The position numbers and the translations under genes are program-made. A model generated the notes under the pieces. It was not told the DNA's origin. It was given only the letters and a program-made list of their open reading frames with translations, and searched no databases. Shown here in pieces: positions 1 through 13,090 of a stretch of DNA of 64,000 nt (the first letter of the stretch is position 1; the number at the start of each line of letters is the position of its first letter). The stretch comes from Squalus acanthias (taxonomy: Eukaryota): NCBI GenBank assembly GCA_030390025.1, contig CM059438.1, positions 65,970,001 to 66,034,000 of the forward strand. Direction: 5' to 3'.

Positions 1-545
1 AGTGGAAACATCTCTACATGTACCTATCAAACCCCTTCATAATCTTAAAGCACTCTGTCAGTTCACCCCTCAGTCTTCTCTTCTCTATAGAAAAGAGCCC
101 CAGCCTGTTCACTCAAAGAATCATAGAAACTTACAGCACAAAGGGGGCCATTCACCCCGTCATGCCTGTGCTGGCTCTTTGAAAGTGGAGTTGTGCTTAG
201 TCCCACACCCTTGCTTTTTGTGATCTTTCCTGATAGGTATAATCTCTCAGTTCTGGTATCATCCTAGTAAACATTTTTTTGCACCTTCTCCAGTGCCTCT
301 ATATCCTTTTTATAATATGGAAACCAGAACTTTTCACAGTACTCCCAAGTGTGGTCTAACCAAGGTTCGATACAAGTTTAACATAACTTCTCTGCTTTTC
401 AATTCTATCCCTCTAGAAATAAACCTCAGTGCTTTATTTGCTTTTTTATGGCCTTATTAAGCTGCATCGCTACTTTTACTGATTGTGTATCTGTATTCCC
501 AGATCCCTCTGCTCCTCTACCCCATTTAGACACTTATTTTGCAGT
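1..545 (-). mobile_element. CR1 LINE 3' RT fragment, interrupted by a second CR1 3' tail (~115-225)
   Basis: Reverse complement resembles the C-terminal ORF2 region of the CR1 copies at 53471-56254 and 57988-58536. Confidence 0.8.
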
Positions 546-624
546 GAGTAGGTGGCCTCCCAGAGTTTGATCTGAACACATTAAACTACACAAATGCTCT
601 CCAGACAAAAGAGAGAAAGAACAT

Positions 625-960
625 AGATTTATATAGTGCCTTTCATGACCTCAGGTTGTCTCAAAGCACTTACAGTCAATAAAGTGCTTTTGAAGTGTAG
701 TCACTGTTGTATTGTAGGAAACATGGCAGCCAATTTTTGCACAGCAAGGTCCCACAAATAGCAATATGATAATGACCAAATAATCTGTTTTAGTGATGTT
801 GGTTGAGGGATAAATATTGGTCAGGACGCCAGGGAGAACTCCCCTACTCTTACTAGAAATAATGTCATGGGATCTTTTACATTCACCTGAAAGACGGGCC
901 TCCAACAGTGAAGCACTCCCTCGGTACTGCACTAAGGTGTCAGCCTTGATTTTGTGCTTG
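625..960 (-). mobile_element. Deu-domain tRNA SINE (SacSINE1-like) with L2-type tail
   Basis: Reverse complement has taaaagatcccatgacatt...cctggcgtcctgaccaatatttatccctcaacc and the aaaggcactatataaat tail shared with copies at 13264, 23245, 40407, 52797 and 60395. Confidence 0.8.
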
Positions 961-1052
961 TCTCTATTCATACAACGTCAACTCAGTGCCATGATGTTGC
1001 TGAAGATGGAGTCTAAGTTGTTTCTAGGTGTTCCATTCACAGTGTGAACATC

Positions 1053-4000
1053 AAAACAACAATAACTTGCATTTATATAGCGCCTTTAATGTAGTAAAAC
1101 GTCCCAAGGCGCTTCACAGGAGTATTTTAAGACAAACATGTTGACACTGAGCCACATAAGGATAAATTAGGGCAGGTGACCAAAAGCTTGGTCAAAGAGG
1201 TAGGTTTTAAGGAGCGTCTTAAAGGAGGAAAGAGAGGTAGGGAGGCGGAGAGGTTTAGGGAGGGAAATCCAGAGCTTGGGGCCTAAGCAACAGAAGGCAC
1301 GGCCACCAATGGTTGAGCGATTATAATCAGGGATGCTAAAGAGGGCAGAATTAGAGGAGTGCAGATATCTCGGGGGGTTGTGGGGCTGAAGGAGATTACA
1401 GAGATAGGAAGGGGCAAGGCCATGGAGGGATTTGCAAACAAGGATGAGAATTTTGAAATCGAGGCACTGCTTAAGCGGGAGCCAATGTAGGTCAGCGAGC
1501 ACAGGGGTGATGGGCGAACGGGACTTGGTGCGAGTTAGGACATGGGCAGCCGAGTTTTGGATGACCTCAAGTTTATGTAGGGTAGAGTGTGGGAGGCCAG
1601 CCAGGAGTGCGTTGGAATAGTCAAGTCTAGAGGTAACAAAGGCATGGATGAGGGTTTCAGCAGTGGATGAGCTGAGGCAAGGGCAGAGACGTTTGATGTT
1701 ACGGAGGTGGAAATAGGCGGTCTTTGTTATGCTGTGGATATGTTGTCAGAAGCTCATTTCAGGGTCAAATATGACACCAAGGTTGCGAACAGTATGGTTC
1801 AGCCTCAGATAGATGTTAGGGAGAGGAATGGAGTCAGTGGCTAGGGACTGGAGTTCGTGGCGGGGACCGAAAACAATGGCTTCGGTCTTCCCAATATTTA
1901 ATTGGAGAAAATTTCTACTCATCCAGAACTGTATGTCGGACAAGCAGTCTGACAATTTAGAGACCATGGAGGGGTTGAGAGAAGAGGTAGTGAGGTAGAG
2001 CTGGGTGGAAACTGACACTGTGTTTTCGGATGATGTCGCCAAGGGGCAATGTGTAGATAAGAAACAGGAGGGGGCCAAGGATAAATCCTTGGGGATACCA
2101 GAGGTAACGATGCGGGAGCGGGAAGAGAAGCTGTTGCAGGTGATTCTCTGGCTACGATTAGATAGATAAGAATGGTGCAGTCCCACCCAACTGGACGACG
2201 GTGAAGAGGTATTTGAGAAGGATGGAGTGGTCAACCATGTCAAAGGCTGCAGAGAAGTCCAGAAGGATGAGGAGGGATAGTTTACCTTTGTCACAGTCAC
2301 AAAGGATGTCATTTGTGACTTTGATGAGAGCTGTTTCGGTACTGTGGCAAGGGTGGAAACCTGATTGGAGGGATTCAAACATGGAATTGCGGGAAAGATG
2401 GCCACGGATTTGGGAGGCGACAACACGTTCAAGGACTTGAGAGGAAAGTGAGGTTGGAGATGGGGCGGTAGTTTGCAAGGACGGAGGGGTCAAGGGTTGT
2501 TTTTTTGAGGAGAGGTGATGATGGCAGATTTGAGGGAGAGGGGGACACTACCTGAGGAGAGAGAACCGTTAACAATATCAGCTAACATGGGAGCCAGAAA
2601 AGGAAGTTGGGAGGTCAGCAGTTTGGTAGGAATAGGGTAGAAGGAGCAGGAGGTGGGTCTCATAGACAAGATGAGCACAGAGAGGTCATGAGGGGAGATT
2701 GGAAAAAAACTGGAGAAAGATGTGAGTTTAGGGCTAGGGCAAGGGGGAACCTCAGAGGAAGGTTTGTCCAGTGGGCTAGGGGAAGGAAGGGAAGTGGCAG
2801 AGGCAGCTGAACGGATGGTCTATATCTTAGAGTCAAAGAAGTCCATGAGCTCCTCACACTTGTTATCGGAGGTGAGGGTGGAGGAGACAAGGGGGAGGGG
2901 TTTAAGAAGACGGTTAGCAGTGGAGAATAGAAGCCGGGGTTTATCTTTACATTCCAGAATGATTCTGGAATAGTGAACAATTTTGGCAGATGAGAGCAGG
3001 ACCCGATAATGCTTTATGTGGTGCAGCCAGATCTGGTGGTGAATGGCTAATCCAGTTGTCCGCCATATCCGTTCAAGTCTGCATCCCTTGGACTTAAGGG
3101 AGCAAAGATGAGAGTCATACTAGGAGGAACGGCCAGGGTCAGAGAGAGTAATTGTTTTAGTGGGGACTAGGGCATCAAAGGTGGTGGTGAGCATGTGGTT
3201 GAGCAGATCTTTAGCTGCAGAAATGTCATGGTGAATGGAGGGCCAGAGGCTGGACAGTTGGGATTTCATAAGGGCAGTTGTAAGAGAGTTGGGAGTGAGT
3301 TTTTTCCAGGGGCGGACACAGAAGGAAGTAGGGTTGGGTTGGGTGGGGGTGGTGGAAGGGGGGTGTGGGTGGCGAGCAACATAAGGAAGTGGTCAGAGAT
3401 GGCCTTATCTGCGATTGACACGATGGGAGTAGCGAGGCCACGAGAGATGACAAGTTCGAGGGGATGGCCATGAATATGGGTTGGGGAGTTTACATGGAGG
3501 GAGAGATTAAGGGGGGATAGGAGGCTAATGAACTCAGAGGAGAGAGAGCATGATGAATTGAGATGGAGGTTGAAATCACCGAGGATGAGATGTCGTTCAG
3601 TGCAGAGGCTGAGGGAGAACAGTGAAGATATCTCAGTAATAAAATTTTTATGGTACTTGGGTGGGCAGAGAGAACAAGAATTTTATATGAGGACTGAGAG
3701 GGGTGGAATAAGGTGAGATGCTCAAAGGAGGAGAAAGTGCCTGAGGAATAGGGGGACAGACCAAGGTGTGATTTGGTGATGAGAGCCACACCGCCACCAC
3801 GGCGGTCTGAGCAGGGCAAGTGGTGGAAGGTATAGCCAGGCAGGGAGGCTTCATTTAAGGGTAAGGTGTCATCACCCCTCAACCAATTTTCCGTCAGGGC
3901 CATGATGTTGATGCAGTCATCCACAATAAGCTCATGGATGGCAAGAGCCTTGTTCGCAAGTGAACAGACATTCTGGAGGGAGATGCGGAGAGGGTCGGTG

Positions 4001-4480
4001 ATGGTTGCCCCACTGCCAGCGTCCACAGGGTCAGCGCTGGGGGTGATGAGTTGGATGGGGAGGAGATTGGCAAGATTTGCCCCCAGTGGGCGCACTGGGC
4101 GGGAAGGTCGGCGAGAGAGGAGGATGGGACAGTTGGGGTTGCTGCTCGTAAGGAGACAGTGATGAGTGCCTCGATGGGCCCTTCGTAGGATGCCGAGAGA
4201 GGCACAGAGGGAAGCTGTGGGCTTATCTAAGAGGGAGGCAAGCCTGGGACGGTGGCAGGAGAGGAGGAAGGTCGAAGAGTAATGAAGGATTGGGGTAGGG
4301 ATTTGGGAGGGCAGTGTATCCGAGAGAGGAGAGATGAAAGGAGGCATGACAACAGGAGAGAGCGGTCAGGGAGGGATAGAGAGAAAAGGAAAATAGGGGG
4401 GAAAAGTGGAATGGCTCGGGTCCAGAGCGGCAGCCAAAATACACACGCGAATGGACACAGGAACAGCTCAGGTTACATAG
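1053..4480 (-). mobile_element. Near full-length, frameshifted L2 LINE (APE endonuclease plus RT)
   Basis: ORF pieces LRISLQNVCSLANK...MALTENWL (APE), ESLQSGFHPCHSTETALIKVTNDIL...LILLDFSAAFDMVDH (RT), LQLNIGKTE and LHWLPLKQ...FKTLLKTYLF; 3' tail with a (caa)n-like end at ~1053. Confidence 0.92.
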
Positions 4481-6485
4481 GCCTGTTTAAATGTAATAAT
4501 TAATGGAATACATATTTCCTGGTAACAGAGAATAGATTGAGGACAATAGTAGGGAGACCAGGGTCAAAGTCAGAGGTCCCAGGGAAGGACAAATCCGACG
4601 TAAGCAGGATGGGGCCGGTACGGAGCATCGACAAACCGCTGTCCAAAGCAGGTGAGTGAAGTCCAGAAGCTATTTGAAGGGTAGAGAGTTCGAGGATGGA
4701 GGTTGTTGCCGTAGGTATGAGAGTCGGTAGTGATGCAGAAAGATGATGGTGAAATTGACGCAAGTTGGAGGTCACCGTAGATCAAAGCGGCGGAGAAAAA
4801 GTAAAACCACAAGCCAGCGACCAGAAAAGCTGAAAACCGGTAGAACGAGTCACTGGACAACAAGTGGAGCAACAGCTGCTACCAACAAGCCAGAAGAGCT
4901 GAAAAACCAGTAGAACCAGTTCAGTAGAGACACAGCTGCAGTTTAAAGGTAAAAAAACATTTTTGCAGCAGAGACAGACACACAGCAGGTAAGTCTTAGT
5001 GTAGTTCAAAGCAGAAACGTGGTGTAATCCAGTGTAGTTCAAAGCAGAAACGTAGTCCAGATGTCCAGAGAAGTCCAGGAGATCGGAAACCAATTTAACA
5101 GAAGAATTCCACAGCTTAAGATTTGAAGCGACTGAAAAGCAGAGCAGAGTCACAGCCACTGAGTCAAACCGTGTAGTCAACGAGGTCCTGTCCGCGAGGA
5201 ATCCAGGGATGGAGGTCAAGTTTCAGCGGAGTCCCAGCAGTTGAAGGAGCTCAGTAAGAACCAAGACACGCTGGGGGATGGGCAGTGGACGCTCAGGCAC
5301 ACTTGCATGCATGTCTGGCTGATGATGGGAATGAATTGCTAAGCGATGGGTAACAGGGAGCGCCGAATTTCACTCTATGCTGAGTTAGATTTATTTTCAG
5401 GGTCGCAGTACGGAGACGATAGTGGTCTTTGGGTCCCTGCATTAGAGAGGGTGAAAGCTGCCTTGGGTTTCTGCACCTCATCATTATTCAATGACCCCTG
5501 CTGGTTGTGAGCATTTCTAAGGACAGGATTAGGCTTGGCTTTGATAGTCCCTCCATTTCCTCATGGTTAAGTAATTTATTGACACGCGGAATACTTTTAT
5601 CTGAACTTGCATCCGATCCTGTCAGTTTCACGCCTGGTAACGCTGGTTTTACACACCGCCTGATTTGACTCTCCATTGCAGTCAGTGGAGAGTAATATTG
5701 GACGGGGTGTAAAACCGGCTTTCCACCCGATCCCGTAGATTTCCCACCTGGCAAGTTAGGTTAAAATGATTCCCTCACTATCTGGACTTACACATGCGAA
5801 GTGGAGCTTTGGGCCAGAGAGAGACAGGTGCCTGTGCAACTGTAGCCCAGCAAGGAGTGAACACCTTGAAGGGAGGAGAGACGAAAACCAGCAGGAAAAA
5901 AAAAGGAATCAAATGTACGTGTTTTCCTTAAACGCCAAAGGGGAAACAGCTGTCCTTGTTTGACAGTTGAGCTGTCTTTAGCTGTCGTGTATGATCCAAC
6001 AAGATCAGTAATTCTGGAGGAACAATCACAAGTGATGCAGAGCAGATTGCCAGCAGTTGATAACTTTGCAGTTTTCGAGATAATGAGCAGAATGCGTGGA
6101 AATCTGATAATGTCAGGCGGTCCCATCAGGTTAGTCGTTGGGTCGGAAATGAGAGCTTTCTTGTATGACCTTCTTGATGTGTCATTTCTTTTTTAAATTC
6201 TACATTCCTGACAAATTGGATTGTAATTTTTTTTTGTCGTCGCAGCAGCACTTATATCACCAAGCGTTCAGTTCACTAGGCAGCAAGAGAGGACCTTGCA
6301 AAGTTACGCAAGCAACTTGATCCATGAGGAATTCTGCAGGAATTGATATAATGTTATGCTGCAGCCATGATCCGTGGACCATGCAGTCCACTTGCAGATC
6401 TTTGGTTTATTCGCTGCAGGGACAATATATTCATCTTTTTCTACGAAAGAAACAGATGGTCTTCTGAAACTGTGCACGCCCCTGT

Positions 6486-6846
6486 TAGGATTGCCAACTC
6501 TCCAGGATTATCCAGGAATTAAAGATTAATCTCCTGGACACTGCTGTGAGCAAATCCGGGAGAAAAAACATCGGGACATTACAATAAATTGTGTATTTTT
6601 TTCATATTATTTTAAAACTTTCCTTTGCTAGTTTTAAAAATATTGGAGATGGGGTAAAGGCTGTTTGACCAACAGTCAATAATCATCCAACTGGTAATGG
6701 TGAGTTTGTTCGCTTGCCAATTGTCACAGGGATGGACATGTTGGGCAACAAATGGTGGGAGCGTGGTGTGGTGTGGGGTGCTAGGAGACGGGTTGTCATG
6801 TGATGAAATCTCCTGGAATACTGCTAAATCTGAGTTGGCAACCCTA
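6486..6846. mobile_element. hAT-type MITE (TAGGGTTGCCAAC termini, Blackjack-like)
   Basis: TIRs taggattgccaact / agttggcaacccta; decayed 8-bp TSD gcccctgt / gtccctgc; related copies in the opposite orientation at 21715 and 35404. Confidence 0.8.
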
Positions 6847-6899
6847 GTCCCTGCCGATTAATTTGTGTACCGTCAGGTTCATATTATTCTTGGTGGCTC

Positions 6900-7168
6900 T
6901 GGACTGAGGGGGGGGCAAAAACAGACAAACTGTCTGCTCCTGATCGCTGTCCAGTGTCCTCTGCTGGAAGGTGCCGGAGTGTGGACAGCGAGCAACTCAT
7001 CATGTGACCAGGGTTGGCTGCGTTGTCCCTCGTGGTCAAATGACCTGCAGACACTCGCTGCCGACACTCATAGGTGAAGAATGGTCACTTGGGTGAGGTA
7101 CTGCTTCCCATGGAGCTGTACCCCAGCAAGGACTCTGTGCCTTTACACTTGAATGAGGGGAGAGAAAG
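6900..7168 (+). repeat. Old interspersed repeat, probably the 3' part of an unnamed tRNA-SINE family
   Basis: Shares ...gaggtactg...tacccca-gca...gga-gagaaa with 47660-47830; weaker similarity at 5835-5885 and 16640-17750. Confidence 0.5.
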
Positions 7169-7233
7169 ACAAGAGTATCACACACACAACCTGAGAATGA
7201 GTGTACCTTAGAATTTGAGGACTAAAAGGCTTA

Positions 7234-8130
7234 GGGGGAGAAATTCGGTATCGCCCCATTTGGGGCGCAATTATCGGCCGGGCGCAAAGATTAGCGCCTG
7301 GCGCTAATTTTCGCCTCCGACTGCAAACTTGACTTTTATCGCCCCTGGAGGTAATTGGAATGCTAAATCAGGCACTACACATCTGTCTTAAGGCGCAAAG
7401 GCCGAGGAACGAGGCGCTAACTCAGAGCGCTGGCGAAGCTCATGTGATGTCAGTCAGCAATGGAACACAGACACAATGGCGCCGGCCAGTTCTTAAAGGG
7501 GAGGGTTGATCTTGCTTTCCATCCACATCCTGCTCATTGCAGCCTTGAATCTCGGCCTGGAGAGACCTGTACATCAAATCTTCTGGAAAGAACAATGGAG
7601 AGTTCCAGGGAAAGAGCTCAGAGTGCAGCCCCCACAGTCTCTTCTAAATCGATACAAGGAAGGGCAAATCAAAATGAACCTGCAAAGTGCTGCTCAGTAC
7701 CCAAAACTCCTTCACACAGCGTTGAATCTCTCCAGAAGTCTGTCTCTCTCTCTCTCTCTCAGAATGCGTGGTTCAAAAATGTCACCAACAAAAAAAGGCA
7801 GGAAGCGGTCGCCTTTAAATAGCGCTCCCCCAGTCCCTTCCTGAGTGCAAAACGCTCCCCTCAACCTGTCGTTGCTAGCGGCAGGCAGTAAGGCAGGAGG
7901 CGCCACTCAATATCCGCTCCGGGGCACTACCGGGGCGTTGCGCACTCGACTGATGTCATGATCTGCCGGCGCAGGAGATCGTGGCGGTAGTGTTTAGCGC
8001 CGCCGCAAAATGTCTCGTTAATTTCGCGAGCGGCGCAAACATTGCCGCGCCCGGGCGCTAGTTGCTTTACGCCCCATTAGCGCCCTCTTAAGGTGCTAAT
8101 GGGAGGTGCAACCAACTGAATTTTTCCCCC
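7234..8130. mobile_element. Non-autonomous PIF/Harbinger-like DNA transposon (897 bp)
   Basis: TIR gggggagaaattc / gaatttttccccc, perfect 3-bp TSD TTA/TTA, many subterminal GGCGCTA motifs; second copy at 16859-17693. Confidence 0.85.
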
Positions 8131-9919
8131 TTAGTGTTCTAACTGCCTGTTACCCAGCCACTGGGGCAAGTCATATCAAGACATATTTTCATACCGTTCT
8201 CAGTTTAAAAGTTCAAGCTAGGATTATTTTAAACTGTCCTGTTCTCCTAAATCCCACTCATTGAAAAATCCCAACTTTATCTCATCTTTGCCTTGTTATG
8301 TATATTTCCAGTCATTTGATTTTTTAAATTGTTTATACATCGTTCATGCTTATCTCTGGCAGCAATTGATCTTCATTGGAAACGAGCAGTGCCTGCCAAG
8401 CCAAACCGAGCTGTTTTGTAGAAATACCATATTAGGCAGCCTGTGTTCCACTGGCCCCCGAGATCAATTAAAGGGGTAGGCTGCCAAGTTCTAAAGACAA
8501 GAAAAAAAGATGGCATCATCACAACCTTAGTCGTATTTGCTGCTGAATAATGTTTTTATTGATTCAGAATGATCAAAGCTTGGCCTCCAATAAGAAAACC
8601 AGAGAAGCTATTGTTGCAGCAGATAGCAGCCCTTCTGTTGATTCACCACCTTTAATAATGGGGAATGTGGAAAATACAATTTTGGGTTATGTCTAAAGAA
8701 GCAACCAATGAAGTACTTTAATCTGATGTTGTATGGTACTGGCTTATTTCCGTTTATGGTACATAAGAGGTAAAACCTCAGGTTCACCTGCAGAAAGTGG
8801 CCCAATCTGGCGATAGTCACATAGGACATGGCAGAGACAAAAGCCTCGATATTAACACCCCCATTGACGGGTGGGAGAGAGTCGGTGGGGGGGGGATGAA
8901 AATTCAAAGTTGGAGTGCTCCCTCCCCAGCTCCGTAAAGAAGCCTTCTTAAAGAAGCATCCCCTCTGACGATCATGGCCTCTCTCGTCCCCCTACCACGA
9001 TCGTAGACCTTCCTCCGCCCCCCTCCCTCCCCCGATCTTGTGCTCCCTCCCTTCTTGCTGTTACTCTTCTGGGATAGGCACATCTCATCGGTCCTCTAAA
9101 GTGCTTGGGATAGATGTAATTTGGTTCAAATACAAATATCCTGTCACTCTTTTAATGTGTTTGATTGGCTTGTTCTACCTGAGCTTGACAGAGATATCTT
9201 TTATTTCCTTTGTGACAGTCTAAATTCAAATGATTGTTAATGTATTATCTCCGGTTGATTTGCTGTGACCAGCAGTCATTTTGAAGCCGTCAGCGATAAG
9301 GGGAGACCAGGGACTCTGCTGTAAGTCTGTAGCTAACCGTTACATAACTGAGGGCCTTATTTGAATCGAATTTTATATTCAGTAATAGCACAGGAGAAGC
9401 AAATTGATTGTTTTCTATATCCAGAGGTGGCGTTGTTAAATTTATAATTATTGTAAGTCTTTTCTTTGTTCTTGGCAGTGTTCACTTATCTGTTTATTTT
9501 GTCAATACTTTGGTCTAGTAGTTTTTAAGTCACGGTCTATTGGTGTTTACTCCTCTGCCTTCCAAATTCAAAGAAAACTAAGTGGTGGCATGAAAGCCAA
9601 TATGCAATGACAAGGGTTCTATGTTTAACTCATGGGCCCGCGACAGTTGCTGAGTTATTGCGCTAATTGAGGTACACTCATAGATAGCAAGGGCTCACTT
9701 ATGGGAATGCTCGGTGGTGCTGAAGCTGAGTAAAACTATCTTCTGCAAAAAATTGAACATAACATCTTGGAATGTTGCCTAGATTCATGGCAACCTCTCT
9801 TGTTCATAATTCCTTGAATGTGTGACAAAATTAGGAGCATTTTTTTGGTGGTGGCAGCTTTCCAGGTATGTCGCATGTGATCCTATAGTTTCAGGCCGTG
9901 AAGGTCAGATCTCCAGGTA

Positions 9920-12786
9920 TTTTTTTTTTATTTGATCCTGGGATGTGGGTGTACACTGGCAAGGCCAGCGTTTATTGCCCATCCCTAGTTGCCCTTCAGA
10001 AGGTGGTGGTGAGCCGCCTTCTTGAACCGCTGCAGTCCTTGTGGTGAAGATACTCCCACAGTGCTGTTAGGTAGGGAGTTCCAGGATTTTGATCCAGTGA
10101 CGATGAAGGAATGGCAATATATTTCCAAGTCAGGATGGTGTGTAACTTGGAGGGGAATTTGCAGGTGATAGTTTTCCCATGTGTAGGCTGCCCTTGTCCT
10201 TCTAGGTTAGAGGTCGAGGGTTTGGGAGGTGCTGCGAAGAAGCCTTGGCGAGTTGCTGCAGTGCATCTTGTAGATGGTACACACTGCAGCCACGGTGCAC
10301 CGGTGATGCAGGGAGTGAATGTTTAAGGTGGTGGTTGGGGTGCCAATCAAACGGGCTGCTTTGTCCTGGATGGTGTTGAGCTTCTTGTGTGTTGTTGGAG
10401 CTGCACTCATCCAGGCAAGTGGAGAGTATTCCATCACACTCTTTACTTGTGCCTTGTAGATGGTAGAAAGGCTTTGGGGAGTCAGGAGGTGAGACACTCG
10501 CCACAGAAATCCCAGCCTCTGACCCGCTCTTGTTGCCACAGTATTTATGCGGCTGGTCCAGTTAAGTTTCTGGTCAATGCTGACCCCCCAGGATGTTGAT
10601 GGTGGAGGATTTGGCGATGATAATGCCGTTGAATGTCAAGGGGAGGTGGTTAGACTCTTGCTTGTTGGAGATAGTCATTACCTGGCACCTCTGTGGTGCG
10701 AATGTTACCTGCAACTTATCAGCCCAAGCCTGAATGTCATCCAGGTCTCACTGCATGCGGGCATGGACTGCTTCGTTATCTGAAGAGTTGCAAATGGAAC
10801 TGAACACTGCAATCATCAGCGAACATCCCCATTTCTGACCTTATGATGGAGGGAAGGTATTGATGAAGCAGCTGAAGATGGTTGGGTCTAGGACACTTCC
10901 CTGAGAATCTCCTACAGGGATGTCCTGGGGCTAAGATGATTGACCTCCAACCACCACAACCATCTTCCTTTGTGCCAGCTATACCTCAGCCAGTGGAGAG
11001 TTTTCCCCTTGATTCCCATTGACTTCAATTTTACTAGGGCTCCTTGATGCCACGCTTGGTGAAATGTTGCCTTGATGTCACGAACAGTCACTATCACCTC
11101 ACCTTTGGAATTCAACTCTTTTGTCCATGTTTGGACCAAGGCTCTAATGAGGTCTGGAGCTGAGTGGCCCTGGCATATCCCAAACTGAGCATCGGTGAGC
11201 AGGTTATTGGTGAGTAAGTGCCGCTTGATAGCACTGTCGATGAAACCTTCCATCACTTTGCTGATGATTGAGAGTAGACTGATGGGATGGTAATTGGCCA
11301 GATTGTCCTGCTTTTAGTGGACAGGACATACCTGAGCAGTTTTCCACATTGTCGGGTCGTGCCAGTGTTGTAGCTGTACTGGAACAGCTTGGCTAAAGGC
11401 GCTGCTAGTTCTGGAGCACAAGTCATCAGCACGACAGCCGGGATGTCTTCTTCTTTCGTATGGTAGTAACAAAGCAAATCAAATGTCAATATCTAAATTG
11501 GATATCCAGTCCAAAGCTTCCGGCTGCCTACGAATTTCCTCTGAGGGCAGTGCTCAATAATGTGCTCCAGGGTCTGATTAGGAGCTCCACAGTCGCATGA
11601 TGGAGATGCTTTAATCTTCCATCTATGGAGAAGGTGGCAGCATCTACCATGACCAGTTCTGAGGCGGTTGATGGTTGTCCACTGTTTGCGAGGAAGGTTT
11701 GATCCTTCAGGTTGTACTGTGGGGTCCTCTATAAGGAATCTATTCCGTATGTCGCATTTCTTCCAAGCTGGGATGTTGTCAAGGCCCATAGCCTTTGCTG
11801 TATTCAGTGCGCTCAGCCGTTTCTTGATATCATGTGGAGTGAATCGAATTGGCTGAAGACTGGTTTCTGTAATGGTGGGGACCTCAGGCGGAGGCCGATA
11901 TGGATCATCCACTCGGCACTTCAGCCTTGTCTTTTGCACTCGCTTGTTGGGCTCAACCATCATTGAAGATGGGGATATTCATGGAGTCTCCTCCTCCCGT
12001 TAGTTGTTTAATTGTCCACCACCATTCACGACTGGATGTGGCAGGATTGCAGAGCTTTCATCTGATCCGTTGATTGTGGGATCGCTCAGCTCTGTCAATA
12101 GCATGCTGCTTCCACTGTTTGGCATGCATGTAGTCCTGTGTTGCAGCTTCCCCAGGTTGGCACCGCATTTTTCGGTATGCCTGGTGCTGCTCCTTCTGCA
12201 CTCCTCATTGAACCAGGGTTGGTCCCCTGGCTTGATGGTAATGGTAGAGTGTGAGATATGCCGGGCCATGAAGTTACGGATTGTGGTGGAATACAATTCT
12301 GCTGCTGCTGATGGCCCACAACACCTCATGGACGCCCAGTTTGGAGCTGCTAGATCTGTTCTGAATCTATCCCAATTAGCACGGTGGTGATGCCACACAA
12401 CATGATGGAGAGTGTCCTCATTGTGAACATGGGACTTTGTCTCCACAATGACTGTGTGGTGGTCACTGCTACCAATGCTGTCATGGACAGATGCATCAGC
12501 GACAGGTAGATTGGTGAGGACAAGGTCAAGTAGGTTTTTCCCTCGTGTTGGTTCTCTCACCACCTGCTGTAGGCCCAGTCTGGCAGCTATGTCCTTCAGG
12601 ACTCAGCCAGCTCGGTCAGTAGTGGTGCTACCAAGTCACTGTTAGTGATGGACATTGAAATCCCCCACCCTTAGTGCATTCCGTGCCCTTGCTACCCTCA
12701 GTGCTTCTTCCAAGTGGTGTTCAACATGTAGGAGTACAGATTCATCAGCTGAGGGAGGGTGATAGGTGGTAATCAGCAGGAGGTTG
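9920..12786 (-). mobile_element. Degenerate LINE of the L2/CR1 group (Crack-like), truncated in the endonuclease
   Basis: ORF pieces VREPTRGKNLLDLVLTN..SDHHTV (APE end), LLTDAQFG..GHSAPDL (RT) and SVMEYSPLAWMSAA..IQDKAARLIG; A-rich 3' end at 9920; same 3' end at 21919 and 33945. Confidence 0.85.
11447..11765 (-). mobile_element. 5'-truncated Vingi/Ingi-like LINE 3' end nested in the LINE above
   Basis: Encodes RKQWTTINRLRTGHGRC..RW..SPSCDCG..QTLEHIIEHCP; ends ...ccatacgaaagaagaag; 11-bp TSD agccgggatgt (11436-46) / agctgggatgt (11766-76). Confidence 0.8.
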
Positions 12787-13090
12787 GTCATTTCAGAGGG
12801 CAGTTAAGAGTCAACCACATTGCTGTAGGTCTGGAGTTGCATATAGGCCAGACCAGGTAAGGATGGCAGATTTCCTTCCCTAAAGGACATTAGTGAACCA
12901 GATGGGTTTTTACGACAATCCAATAGTTTCATGGTTACCATTACTAAAACTAGCTTTTTATTCCAGATTTTTTTAATTAACTGAATTTAAATTCCCTAGC
13001 TGCCGTGGTGGGATTTGAACTCAGATCTACTGGATCATTAGTCCAGGCCTCTGGATTACTAGTCCAGTAACAAAACCACTATGCTACCGT
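12787..13090 (-). mobile_element. tRNA-derived SINE head and body abutting the 5' end of the LINE
   Basis: Minus strand: ggtagcatagtggtt (A box) ... gagttcaaatccc (B box) ... ggaaatctgccatccttacctggtctggcc...actgccctctgaaatg. Confidence 0.75.

Noticed and set aside
4637..4662. RE1/NRSE-like site (also ~48283-48304)
   Set aside because: Only the GGACAGC half matches; left half and spacing are poor.
7234..8130. CpG-rich islands (also 16859-17693 and 30407-30706) as the BRINP1 promoter or exon 1
   Set aside because: Bounded by TIRs and TSDs, and the first two are duplicates of each other, so they are transposons; no non-coding exon 1 could be identified.
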